A DNA stretch of 64,000 nucleotides, taken from Eledone cirrhosa. Its lineage: Eukaryota. The stretch spans positions 269,390,001 to 269,454,000 of the forward strand of contig OZ024743.1 in assembly GCA_964016885.1 (NCBI GenBank), written 5' to 3'. Each line of letters starts with the position of its first letter. The stretch's first letter is position 1. Positions 14,746 to 27,574 of this stretch are shown piece by piece. The position numbers were made by a program, and so were the translations under genes. Below the pieces are notes generated by a model, which saw nothing but the letters and a program-made list of their open reading frames with translations, searched no databases and was not told the DNA's origin.

Positions 14746-14848
14746 AGATATGGTATTATAAAGATACTTTCAATTTATTAATATTGTTAATATTTTATAT
14801 ATATATATATATATTGTTAATATTTTATATATATATATATATATATAT

Positions 14849-15188
14849 TAGAAAGTGAGGTTTTTTTTACAAAATGAAAAATAACCGAGGTGTCCTACAC
14901 GAGTGGAAGTATAAAGAAAAAGGGATGAAATCGAAAATGCAACTGAAGTCTTTTTTTTTTTTTTTTTAAATATATATATTTATTTGGTTCCTTTACCGGT
15001 TTCGCAGTTCTTTTGCTTTTCAAAAGGTGAGTTGAGATGGAGGGTCTGTGGTTTTTCTCACAGACCCTCCATCTCAACTCACCTTTTGAAAAGCAGAAGA
15101 ACTGCGAAACCGGTAAAGGAACCAAATAAATATATATATTTTTAAAAAAAATAAGACTTCAGTTGCATTTTCGATTTCATCCCTTTTT

Positions 15189-15192
<4 letters not shown>
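14849..15192. mobile_element. Foldback element, family G, in (TA)n, with variant hammerhead in both arms
   Basis: Inverted arms centred near 15055. Other copies at ~22730-22855 and ~44495-44840. Confidence 0.8.
15082..15119 (+). ncRNA. Variant hammerhead with U3-A8 core (family G); mirror copy at 14990-15027(-)
   Basis: CCUU-UUGAAAA-GCAG AAGAA CUGC-GAAAC CG GU-A-AAGG. Confidence 0.6.
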
Positions 15193-15261
<69 letters not shown>

Positions 15262-15264
<3 letters not shown>

Positions 15265-15636
15265 GACCCTCTCAAAGTATAACAATAATTTTATTTACTT
15301 TATTTTCAAACTCCGGAGCTGGAAATCATTCGGTTATTCGAAATAGAATTTTAGTCTAATGATTTTTTTATAGCATAAATGTGTTTTTGTCTTTGCAAGA
15401 AATCGTTCTCATCGCTCCACATAACGACGTAATTAACCTCGGTTTTTTTCCGTCCATTTCCAGGGAACGTCTTCACGAACAAACAATATCGTCTTTCTGT
15501 TTTCTTTCGGTTGTAACGTTTTTTTTCGAAATATTTACTTCTGTGTCCACAGATTGATTTTTTTCAGTTTCAGAAGACCCCGTTAAGGGTGAAAGCAGCG
15601 ATTCTTTGCTTAAACGTTAATCTGTTCTTATAATAA

Positions 15637-15640
<4 letters not shown>
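15262..15640 (+). mobile_element. Short dispersed element, family H
   Basis: Near-identical reverse-complement copy at ~62490-62880. Inverted partial copy at 15830-15870. Flanked by (TA)n. Confidence 0.85.
15567..15615 (+). ncRNA. Variant hammerhead-like fold with A4 (family H); identical copy at 62507-62555(-)
   Basis: GUUU-CAGAAGA-C CCC GUUAA GGG U-GAA AGCA GCGAUUCUU UGCU-U-AAAC: all three stems pair. Confidence 0.5.
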
Positions 15641-15698
<58 letters not shown>

Positions 15699-15884
15699 AT
15701 AATAATAAATTTGAAGACTAAAATCCAAAGAGGGCTCGATAAGGATAAATATCTATCAAATATATAAGAACCGTAGAGCAAATATTTATTAAAATCTTCT
15801 GAAACTAAACTTAGTTAAAATAACAGATTAAAGTTTAAGCAAAGAATCGCTGCTTTCACCCTTAACGGGAACTTTAATCTGTTA

Positions 15885-15964
<80 letters not shown>

Positions 15965-15976
15965 TATATATATATA

Positions 15977-16172
15977 GTTTTAATATAGATGAGATTCTAC
16001 AGGACTAGAACTGTTTCATTCTTTAGAAATCATCAGAGATTCCTGATAATTTCTAAAGAATGAAACAGTTCTAGTCCTGTAGAATCTCATCTATATTAAA
16101 ACTTTTATACTCTGCAATGTATTGAGTACCTTACTTACTGTGGTTACCTCCGATTCAACCCGGAATAACGTA

Positions 16173-16175
<3 letters not shown>
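15977..16175 (+). mobile_element. Short foldback element, family I, in (TA)n, with hammerhead (16036-16088 +; partial 15991-16036 -)
   Basis: GAGAUUC-CUGAUAA-U UUCU AA AGAA U-GAAACAG UUCUAGUC CUGU-A-GAAUCUC. The inverted copy retains CUGAUGA but lacks the 5' strand of stem I. Confidence 0.75.
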
Positions 16176-16225
<50 letters not shown>

Positions 16226-17589
16226 TTAGTTTTGCCTCGTTATTAAAACTTGTAACGAAAATCTTCATCTTTAGAACGTTTGTCACCAATGTAAAATTCC
16301 TTTTTGAAAACTCTGGTATAGAGACTTCATTTTTGGCCTGTGTGTGTAATCGTTGTGTTTATGACAGTGCTGGGTGTTGTATCTCCGATATACATTTGTA
16401 TTTTACCCCCATCCCGCTTTCATCACATTTTTCTCTCTCTCTCTCTCTCTTGATGATTCTTAACTTATCATAATCATCGAAAGTATATTTTTTTAACATA
16501 ACCTTGTTAACCTCTTACCTAGTTTCCATCAAAACAAAGTCAAATCACATTTGCTTCTTTTCCTTTAATCTTTCCGTTTTTCTCCCTTTTATTTATTTAC
16601 TTATTCATTTTTGTAATTCTGCCCAGCAATCACTGTGATGTTGAATGTTTCATAATAGATTTTGAAAGGTTAAGAGGGTTCGAATAGCTTAGGAATTCCT
16701 CTCTTTGATTAACATATCTTGTTTGCGAGTATGTGTGGGTGTATGTATGTGCGTTTGTGTGTGTGCTTATGTATGTGCATGTGTGTATGTATGTGCATGT
16801 GTGTATGTATGTATGCAGTATATTTAAAAATTATTTAATATTCATATATATCTTCTTCTTCTTCTTCTTCTTCTTCTTCTTCTTCTTCTTCTTCTTCTTC
16901 TTCTTCTTCTTCTCGTTTATCCGTTCGTATTTTTATTTACCTTAGAAGAAAGTGATTTGATCGGTTTCCGTATTAAATACCATTCCACGGGATGACGTTT
17001 ACTGTCGTCCTACTTTAGACATCGTCTCGCAGATTGGAGGAAATCCTGGGTCGGGGAAGGCAGAGGAAGAAGAAAGAGATAAAATAAAATAGAATAATAT
17101 TAATGATATTCAAATGATAATCATTTGCCAAAAGGGCACCAAATGAAGATGACATTAAAAGAACAAATTACACCGCGTGTGTGTGTGTGTGTGTGTGTGT
17201 GTGAGGAGTTACATTGAAATCGGATGATTGGAGAAAAGAAAAAGATGGCATATTCATTATCATCATCATCATGAGAAGAAGAAGAAGAAGAAGAAGAAGA
17301 AGAAGATATGGATCAGACGGGTAGAAAGGGAATGACAATGACCCTCCAGGGGCACGGCTGATGGAGGGAGAAAGATATCCTTCGCCTGTATCGTCTGCTG
17401 TCATATTTGATTTCCTTGTCTTGTCTGAAACAATAAAAAAAAATTAGAAGTCAAAGAAATAGATAAACAAACACTTTGAATTGTTTAAAAACAACAACGT
17501 ATGTTCATCTACGGTAAGCTTTAACCAAGCCACCATACAATACCCAAACCTAGCAAACTTGCAGCATTTTTTTCTTCTATTTTCAGGTT

Positions 17590-18570
17590 TAATTCTTAAC
17601 ATCCTGTAATGATTTTGCAGAAAATATGCAAAAGCGGGATAAATTGATACAACTGTTTATTGTGTATTTACTTTGAACAGATCATTGTGAAAATTTACAG
17701 TATTATAGTAAAGATATATTTTATGTGATCCTTTCAGTTATGGTAAAAGTAATGGTTTCTGATTTAGACACAGGGCCAGCAATTTTGGGAAAAGGGAAAG
17801 TCGATTAAATCGACTCCAGTGCGTGCGTGAATGGTACTTTATTTTATCGACCCCATAAGGATGGAAGGCAAAGCCAACCTCGGCGGGATTTGAGCATAAA
17901 ACACAAGGATCATAAACTCTATGCCGCTAAGCATGTTGTCCGATGCTCTACCGATATGTTGTAAGCGTGGTTGTTAAGTGATTATTAACATCCTGTAATG
18001 GTTTAGCAGAAAATATTTAAAAACCTGTTTGTTGATTCAAATGTTTATAATATCGTTACTATTTGGCAGATCGTTGTGAATATTTGCAGTATTAGACAAA
18101 GTATTGTAATGTTTACACCGATGTAGTCAATTATGCAAAAAATAATGTGGCATATATGTGGCCGTTAATTGGTTCTTACATCTTGCAATAGTTTAGCAGA
18201 AAACCTCTGAAAACGGATTTGATAATTCAAACATTTATTTTATCTTTACTCGTCAGATCATTGTGAAAATTTGCAATAGCTTTAATTATTAATGTGATGC
18301 AGTCATAGCATTGTTTTGTACTTGCTAATGCAGTTTCATGCGATACAGGACGTTAAGAGCTAATTCAGAATATCATATATTTATTTTGCAGAAAATGTCT
18401 AAAAACGGGTTTGTTAATTCAAATGTCCTTAGTATCTTTACTAGTGGACAGGTCATTGTGAAAATTTACAATAAAATTAAGACTCGAGTCTTAATTTAAT
18501 GTGATGCAGTCATAGTGCCGTTTTATGCCTTTCAAGAAGATAATGTTTCATCTGGTTCAGGATATTAAGA
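17590..18570. repeat. Four diverged ~110-bp cores at ~190-200-bp spacing, interrupted by a SINE
   Basis: The motif ttt.gcagaaaa...cagatcattgtgaaaattt.ca recurs at ~17600, 17990, 18180 and 18385. Confidence 0.7.
17750..17956 (-). mobile_element. tRNA-derived SINE copy
   Basis: Reverse complement of the conserved body seen at 8990-9090. Confidence 0.8.
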
Positions 18571-18752
18571 ATTTAAAACAACGTTTGTTCATCTTGAGCT
18601 AAATTTCCACCTTACTCGATTCAGCTCTACTAAACCCTCTTTTTTCTTTCTATTGTCTTACATTAAATCATATTCTTCATTCGTTCATTCGTTTTTTAAA
18701 TAATTCATTGTATGTCTCGACCATAACTTATTTTATCAATCTGTATCTAACT

Positions 18753-18833
<81 letters not shown>

Positions 18834-18837
<4 letters not shown>

Positions 18838-19015
18838 ACAGGTTCGTGTGTCTGGCCGTAGCCTAAAAGTGCACCATTTTCTGTAATCTTACGAGCGATT
18901 GCAATACTCTTTGTAGAGTTTGCAGCCACCATATATATATGTATTGCAATCGCTTGTAAGATTACAGAAAATGGTGCACTTTTATGCTACGGCCAGACAC
19001 ATGAACCTGTAACAT
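18834..19015. repeat. Foldback (~75-bp inverted arms) next to (TA)n
   Basis: tgttacaggttc...attgcaatac / gtattgcaatc...gaacctgtaaca. Confidence 0.8.
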
Positions 19016-19149
19016 ATCCCGAACAAGCAATGCCTGTGCTTTGAAGGTTTTTTATGTGGTGAAAGGCCTTGCACTTGACCAATCCCCCTATCTGAGCATC
19101 GAAAACATTACCTGAAAAGGTGAACTGGTCAACATCATCGGATGTTTGC

Positions 19150-19442
19150 GAAGCCACAGGTTTTTTTTTTCAGAGTTTCCCCCTCCCAGAAAGGTATTGT
19201 GACAACAACTAGAGGCCCTTCACTCCCAGGTAAAAAAAAAAGGTACTATTTGGATGGCCGTTGAATCCGCTGAGTACCTCCGTCCTTCGTCGGGTCTTGT
19301 ACTTCATCCCGCAGAGTGTCCAAATATCACCCTTCTCACCAAGAAAGCTTAGTAGGGTTGCCGGTTTAGTCGCTGAGGACCCGGCCATGAGACAGGTTGT
19401 ACTGGGTTACATGTTACCAGTAGCACTCGAGAGTGACCTGGC

Positions 19443-19443
<1 letters not shown>
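19150..19443 (-). mobile_element. 5' head of an RTE-related element
   Basis: Homologous to 23785-23980(+) and to 61890-61995(-), which lies upstream of the RTE endonuclease remnant. Confidence 0.6.
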
Positions 19444-19473
<30 letters not shown>

Positions 19474-19969
19474 CACACACATTCTCTGGAATGTGAGGTC
19501 ACAAACTTTAACGTTAGAAAACGAAGTTTTATTTTATTATTTGATTAACAATGAGTTATGCAAATGTTTAGTCATCCCAGTTGGGAAAATAGTGAATGCG
19601 TTGTCCTAAAGAATGACGAAGGAGATGCACTGGACAATTATTCCTCATTTTCAGATTCATTCTCACGGATGGCCACCTCCATCTTAATCGTCATGAATGA
19701 GGTGGGATTTCGGGGTCGAAACACTTCAGGTGTTTTCAACCCATTGGGTTCTAGTTGTGATGGAAACACGGCTGCATTCAAAGCATAGCTTAATGATATC
19801 ATTGAGAGCACTACACCGCTGGAGGTGGCCGGGCAGCCGGAGCTGGGGTCACATAAGAACGAGTGGAATAAAATAATATCTACTGTAGATACTAACAATT
19901 ATACGTTCATCTCAATCTCTACAAACAAATAGTTTTTAAATTGGGCACACGACCTCAACAAATAGCACC

Positions 19970-20560
19970 AATACCACCACAACCACCACCACCACCACCA
20001 CCACCACCAGCAACACCACCATCACCTCTGCTACTACCACCAGCACCATTTGCGAACAATAACCTACGCCACCGCCGCCAGCACCCACACCACCTACAAA
20101 CAATACTAAATATAATGCCGCTGCAACCAGCACCACTATCAACAACATTAACAGCCCCAGTATTGCCATTACAACCACCACCACCACCATCACCACCCCC
20201 AATACCGTCATCATCACCAACTCCCCACCACCATCTCAACCATCACCATCACCACCAATACCATCCCCCAATACCGTCATCAGCCCCAACTCCACACCAC
20301 CAATACCACCCCAATACCGTCATCATCCCCAACTCCCCACCACCATCACCATCACCACCACCACCGCCACCAGCAATGCCGTCATCATCACCAACTCCCC
20401 ACCGCCACCACCACCACCACCACCACCCCTCACTATCGTCATCAGCCCCAACTCACCACCACCACCACCACCACCACCACCACCACCACCAATACCCCCA
20501 CCCCTCCTACCGTCACCCCCCTACCGCCATCATCCCCGACTCCCCACCACCACCACCAAC
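19970..20560. repeat. (CCA)n/(TCA)n-rich low-complexity region with internal sub-repeats
   Basis: Trinucleotide runs and recurring aataccgtcatcatcaccaactcccc. Confidence 0.85.
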
Positions 20561-21760
20561 GGACTATGCCGACCCTGACATAAAAATGTCGACAGCTAAC
20601 AAGGTACTGTCCACCTGTATGTTAAACCGTATGTTAAACATGGCTACAGCAACACAGATTGCTTTCAGACAACCTGTCTTCAGAAACAGTGATGGCGATG
20701 GTGGGGAAGTAAAATGACACACAGCAACAACATACAGACATATATACACACATACAGATACACATATACATACACAGACACACATATACATACACAGACA
20801 GACACACATAGACAAACATACACACATACACACACAGACGCACATATGCACACATGTACACACACATATACATATACACAGATACACATACATATACACA
20901 GGTACACATACATATACATATACATATACACAGATACACACACACACAGACGCACATATACACACATGTACACACACAGACATACATAAACACACACAGA
21001 CACACATACACACATATACACACACAGACACACATGTACACACATATGCACACATACACACATATACACACACAGACACATACACAAACATACACACACA
21101 CAGACGCACATATGCACACATGTACACACACAGACATACATATACACAGATACACATATACACACACACACACAGACGCACATATACACACATGTACGCA
21201 CACAGACATACATAAACACACACAGACACACATATACACACAGAGACACACATATGCACACAGACACACACAGACACACATATACATACACAGACACATA
21301 CACACATATACACACACAGACACACATACACACACATACTTACATATACACACACAGACTCACATATACACACAGATCTAAATGCATAACACATATACAC
21401 ATGCATGCACACATATAACACTTATACACATACACACATACATTCCCAGATACATACATATATACATATATATAAACTACTCATACACATATATACACAC
21501 AAAAACTACACACACGGGCGAAAACACTACATTTGGGAGAGAAAACAACACCCACACACACACGTTCATTTACATATATACACATATACAGACACATGTA
21601 TACATATACACACACATCTACACATATATGGCCCCCCCACACATAAACTTACAGCCACACACACTCATACACACACAGATACATAAATATATACACACAC
21701 GTAGATACGGATATATACACGTTCAAGCAGAAACACATACACACACACACAGACACATAC

Positions 21761-21842
<82 letters not shown>

Positions 21843-22388
21843 GTAATAATAATAAATGTGAAGATATTTTAATAAATAAATATATATATATACCATATAT
21901 ATATTTATATATATATATATATATATACATATATAGTAATAATAATAATGTGAAGATATTTTAATAAATAAATATATATATATATATATATATATAAACA
22001 TGCACATACATATATACACACATACGCAAACATATAGACATATACACATAAAAACACACATAGACATACATACATCTATACTCAAACTAATAGACAAACA
22101 CATTACACATAAAACACTTAGAGAAACAAAAATATATCCACACACACATAGAATCACTTAGACAAACGTATATACACAAGACGTATATACACAAGACGTA
22201 TATACACAAGACGTATATACACAAACGACAAATGATGGAACAAATCTCAACAGACAAAAAACATGAAGACCTCCCCGTCTCTTACCACGTACCTAAATGT
22301 CCGACCAGTTATTTTGCTCATCACCAATCTTATAGGCATATGTTACCTTATACCTTACAAAGCTCCCCTCACACACAAACATGTACAC

Positions 22389-22432
<44 letters not shown>

Positions 22433-22464
22433 CACACACACACACACGCACGCACACACACGCG

Positions 22465-22541
<77 letters not shown>

Positions 22542-22851
22542 GCACACACACACATATATATATACATCCGCACACATAGGCATATGTATGTATCTATGTA
22601 TGTATGTCTGTATGTATATTTGTATGCATGTATGTATGTGTGTGTATGTATATATACACATACATCCAAACATACACACACATACATACACGCACACACA
22701 CACATTCACACACACACATATATATAAATAAACCACAAACCCTCCATCTCAATTCTACTTTTGCAAAACAAAAGCACTGTGAAACCGGTAAAGGAAACAA
22801 ATAAGTATTCTTAAAAAGACTCCAGTCTTTCATTTTCGATTGATTTCTTTC

Positions 22852-22914
<63 letters not shown>

Positions 22915-22917
<3 letters not shown>

Positions 22918-23613
22918 AAGTGGAAGCTTAGTAAAATCGAAGCTTTGGTTGCGGCCAAGCAAACGACCTACAATTAGGAAAGAGTAGCAAAGCACTCAAT
23001 AAGGTAGGTCCTCAGAGTAATAACATACGTTTAGATAGCCTGACAAATTGAAAATTGCGGCAGGCCAAACCCAACCATACAGTACCAAAAGAACGAAAGA
23101 ACAATTCAGGTTAGACAACAGACCTGGACAAATCGAACGATATTCTGCAATACGTCCGATATGTTTCTATGAAACCCGAAATCATCAATCCAGCTTACGT
23201 AATACGTAGGCTTGTGGTATTCATTCTATGATCGAATAGGGGGTTCAGGTCATCGACAGGTATTTCGTTCTAGGCATCAAACCGGTGTGAACTGCAAGTC
23301 ATGACGACTGCTATAATAGACATCCTTCAATCATTTCGTTGTCACGTGTTATTTCCAACAAGGGAAGCAACCCCCGGTTTTTGGCAGGTAGATTCAAAGT
23401 GTTAACAAAGGAAAATAATTCCGCTCAACATTCCGAATAAAAGCTCTCAACCAGACGTTATTAAACAAACATAAATAATTAACCAATCAACAGAGTTGTC
23501 TAATTAAATTAATTATTAGATCTAGAAGATAATAATACAAGTGGAAGCTCAGTAAAATCGAAGCTTTGGCAGCGGCCAAGCAAAATCGAACTACAATTAG
23601 GAATGAGTAGCAA
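22915..23613. mobile_element. Dispersed repeat, family K, with ~77-bp terminal direct duplication
   Basis: 22916-22992 recurs at 23537-23612. Homologous reverse copy at ~36895-37245 and a fragment at ~1625-1720. Abuts (TA)n. Confidence 0.7.
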
Positions 23614-23782
23614 ATATATATATTTACATTTTCAAACAAAAGTACGCGCACACATGTAAATAGACAGATACCAATAACATTATACGCTTATTTATATCCT
23701 TTCAGATGTACATGTACATTTGTATGGTTATATATGATATTAACCATTGGCATGTATGTATGTAATGTACGTATGTATGTAT

Positions 23783-24400
23783 GTCAGGTCACCAGTTGGT
23801 GCTACTGGTAACATGTATCCCAGTACAACCTGTCTCATGGTCGGGTCGTTGGCGACTAAACTGGCAACCCCACCAAGGTTTCTTGGTGAGGAGGGTAACT
23901 TTGGACATCCTGCAGGACTAAAAACAAAACCTGTCAAAGGGCAAAGGAGCTCTTAAGAGTCAATGGCCATCCAAAATCACCGGGAGAGATGACCCCTTAG
24001 CCTTTGTCAAGGCAGAATTATAGGAGAAGGAAAATTCTGATATAACACCTGCAACCCTGATGGTATCCAATGATGTTGACTTGTTCTTCTTTTTGGTAAA
24101 TATCATCTTGGTTAAGAGAGTGGGACTGGCTTTGTGCAGTGCCTTTGCTCACTATAAAAGCTTCACGGCACAGGCATTGCTTTATATCTGGAGATCTCTC
24201 TGCACTTGTCGTTACATGGTACGATGGGCCCAGCACTATGTGTCAATAATTGTCACAAGTGTAGTGTTTGTACCAGAGTTTTCAAGTCGCTGGCTGGACT
24301 AAAAAGTCACACTCGTTCAGCGCATAGGTAGGGGTTCTCCTACATGGATATAAAGTAGTGGCCGTACTCGAAAACGAGTTGGCAGCCACCATGTATGTAT
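23783..24400 (+). mobile_element. Internally deleted RTE-type element (5' head + C-terminal zinc-finger remnant + 3' tail) in (TATG)n
   Basis: 24254-24320 encodes HKCSVCTRVFKSLAGLKSHTR. Ends gtggccgtactcgaaaacgagttggcagccaccatgtatg. Confidence 0.65.
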
Positions 24401-24676
24401 GAAAACATGTATGTTCTTCTGGTTTCATAATTTCACAAATTTTTACCAATAGAGAGAGTCGGTTTCTAACAGATACAAGACTCTCTCATTGGAATTTACA
24501 CATCAACTAGGTAGATATGTTTGCATGGCTGCATGCATGTGTGTGCAGGTATGGATGTTATTGTATATGTGGGGGTGTATGTTTTGAGTTATATGTGTGC
24601 ATGTGTATATATACTTTGTATCTGTACATGAAGTTATTAGATGTTATGTATGTAAGTTTGTATGTATGTAAGTACG

Positions 24677-24709
<33 letters not shown>

Positions 24710-24845
24710 GTATGTATGATATGTTATGTGTGTGTTTTCTATACGTATGATATGCAATATACTACGTATAGGTATGCAAATATAGCGTATACGTATACAT
24801 GTGAATGAGCATATATTTATTTAAATTAACAATTTATAATATATA

Positions 24846-25460
24846 TACAGGTGTGTCAGAAAAGGAGTAGGACTGGGGTCGCAAAAAAATATTTCAAATC
24901 CGAATTACAAACTACAAGTTTTCTTCTACGATATAACCCCACTCGAGTCTGGCACACTTTCTCATCCTTCTCTGCCACGCCGCCATGCACTCCTGGAATG
25001 ATTCTCCCGGGATTCTCCGCACTCCGATCGTCACGGCCCTCTTCATAGTTTCCACGCCCAGAAAACGGTTCCTCTTGTTGACTTTTTTGAGCTTGGGGAA
25101 AAGAAAACAAATCACACTAAGCCAGGTTGGATGATTATGGAGGTTGTTCCAGCACAGAGATGTTATTCTCGGCCAGGAACTACCAGATGCTCATGGCCTT
25201 GTGAGCCGGCACGTTGTCGTGGTGGAGCAGCCTCGAATTGTCCTGTCACAACTCTCGACTCTTATTGCGCACTGAAACGAAGCAAACGCCGCAGGTTATC
25301 TTTGTAGATATGCTAGTTGATCGTCTGGTCTCTGTGGCAAGAACTCTATATGGACGATGCCCCTCATATCAAAGAACGTGATCAACATGAGTTTGACTTC
25401 GGACTTCGAATGTGTTGCTTTCTTCGGCCTCGGCAAATCCGAACTGACCCATTGAAGTGC
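24846..25460 (-). mobile_element. Mariner (DD34D-type) transposon remnant: 3' half of transposase pseudogene plus one TIR
   Basis: Minus-strand peptides LLHHDNVPAHKA and CFLFPKLKK...RRIPGESFQECMAAWQRRMRKC..LEWGYI. TA + caggtgtgtcagaaaag end. Confidence 0.85.
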
Positions 25461-25665
25461 TAAAATCGCAGTTATATACTCGCCAGATAGTACATCACTC
25501 GGTGATGCAACTCGCTAACCCCTACCTCATTCATAGCTAACACAGCACATTAAGTCCTGAACGTACCTGACGCACCTTGTACATACACACATACTTATAT
25601 ACAAACAAAACACACATACATATATATGTATATATATAAGATTAAGGCTTAACAAACATTTAAAT

Positions 25666-25706
<41 letters not shown>

Positions 25707-25708
25707 GT

Positions 25709-25784
<76 letters not shown>

Positions 25785-26284
25785 GAAGTCTTGTGATGGA
25801 CCAGCCACATGTTTTGGAAATGTTGATAAAGAATTGGTGCAAAGGATCTGACATTGCTAAATCCCTAGCATACATGCATACGAACCCCAAAGTGTCAGTG
25901 ATCGAAGCCTGACATGCTGCAAATTAAGGTTGCTTCATTCTACCCAACAAAATCTCGTTTCAAAAGCCACCTATATAACACCAGATGATGTGGGCGCTTT
26001 GAGATCTACTGTTAGGAGGGTTGAATTTTCTGCAAATTTCTGCAGATATTTCTGAAAATTCTGCAAATCTTTGATAATATTGGGGCCTCCTGGAAAGCGC
26101 TCAATGACACCACATATGCAGCCCTCGTAGAAGTTTTAGGATTTCAAAGAAGAAAACACCAGAACTAGTTTCATGAAGTATTCATGTATATATATATATA
26201 TATATTTAAAGGACGATCGACTTTCGTCAAATCGGACCGAGGGAACAATGTTTCCGTTGGTCTTTCCAATTGCTAATACTATCT

Positions 26285-26425
26285 ATCGGTCGCAACTCCA
26301 GGTAGAAGGAGCAACGTGAAATAAAGTGTCTTGCTCAAGGACATAACGCATCGCCTGGTCCAGGAATCGAACTCACAACCTTACGATTACGAATCGAATT
26401 CTCTAACCACTTAACCACACGCCTT
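26285..26425 (-). mobile_element. CORE-type tRNA-derived SINE fragment
   Basis: Minus strand ggcgtgtggttaagtggttaga (A box), gagttcgattcc (B box), tgtccttgagcaagacactttatttcac (CORE-like). Confidence 0.8.
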
Positions 26426-26677
<252 letters not shown>

Positions 26678-26701
26678 AAGGCGTGTATATATATATAAGG
26701 C

Positions 26702-26732
<31 letters not shown>

Positions 26733-26737
<5 letters not shown>

Positions 26738-26831
26738 ATACTTTGGGAGGGTCATGTTGCCAATAAGAAACACACGCACCAGTGGTGCGTGTGTTTCTTA
26801 TTGGCAACATGACCCTCCCAAAGTATAACAA
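26733..26831. repeat. Perfect palindrome, 49-bp arms with 1-nt spacer
   Basis: ttgttatactttgggagggtcatgttgccaataagaaacacacgcacca-g-tggtgcgtgtg...tataacaa. Confidence 0.95.
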
Positions 26832-26888
26832 TATCGGTTTCAACACACGATTTCAGATAAAGAATCTTGCTAAACAAATTCAGAAACG

Positions 26889-26920
<32 letters not shown>

Positions 26921-26928
26921 ACTCGATC

Positions 26929-26982
<54 letters not shown>

Positions 26983-26992
26983 ATACTCGATC

Positions 26993-27120
<128 letters not shown>

Positions 27121-27484
27121 GATCGAGTATCGAAAAATCGGCGCACGAGTTCGCGATAAACAATATTCGAAATGAGCGGCAGAGGGCTCAATAATTCAGA
27201 TGAATCAGAGCTATAACTACCGTTAAAATACCGTCACACATAGAACAAGTCTACAATCAACCATACGATAAAAAATCGATAATAGAAGATTCGGGACAAA
27301 CAGATTAAAAATATCAATAAAACAATACATCAATAATTTAAATGAATGTAAAATCATACCCGGACCCACTAGAAAGGTGTTAAATCTAGCTTCTTGGGTT
27401 TCTGTAAATCCTTAGACTGTACTCTATCAGCTCACATATAAATATAAAAGCCTACTAGAGCAAGAGGAATGGAGATTACTTCAT

Positions 27485-27574
<90 letters not shown>

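Noticed and set aside
19036-19073. Hammerhead-like GUGC-UUUGAAGG...GAAAGGCCUU-GCAC
   Set aside because: The core has several mismatches and stem II does not pair.
19558-19898. Short ORFs in unique sequence on both strands
   Set aside because: No recognisable domain; cannot be supported without transcript data.
19941-20717. 258-aa Pro/His-rich ORF as an extensin-like or host gene
   Set aside because: It derives from (CCA)n low complexity. The unique C-terminal 50 aa match nothing I recognise.
23783-23880. HDV-like ribozyme in the RTE-related 5' head (also 19350-19443 and 61900-61995)
   Set aside because: Some pairings exist (CAGGT/ACCTG, TGTA/TACA), but P2 and P1.1 could not be placed in the required order.
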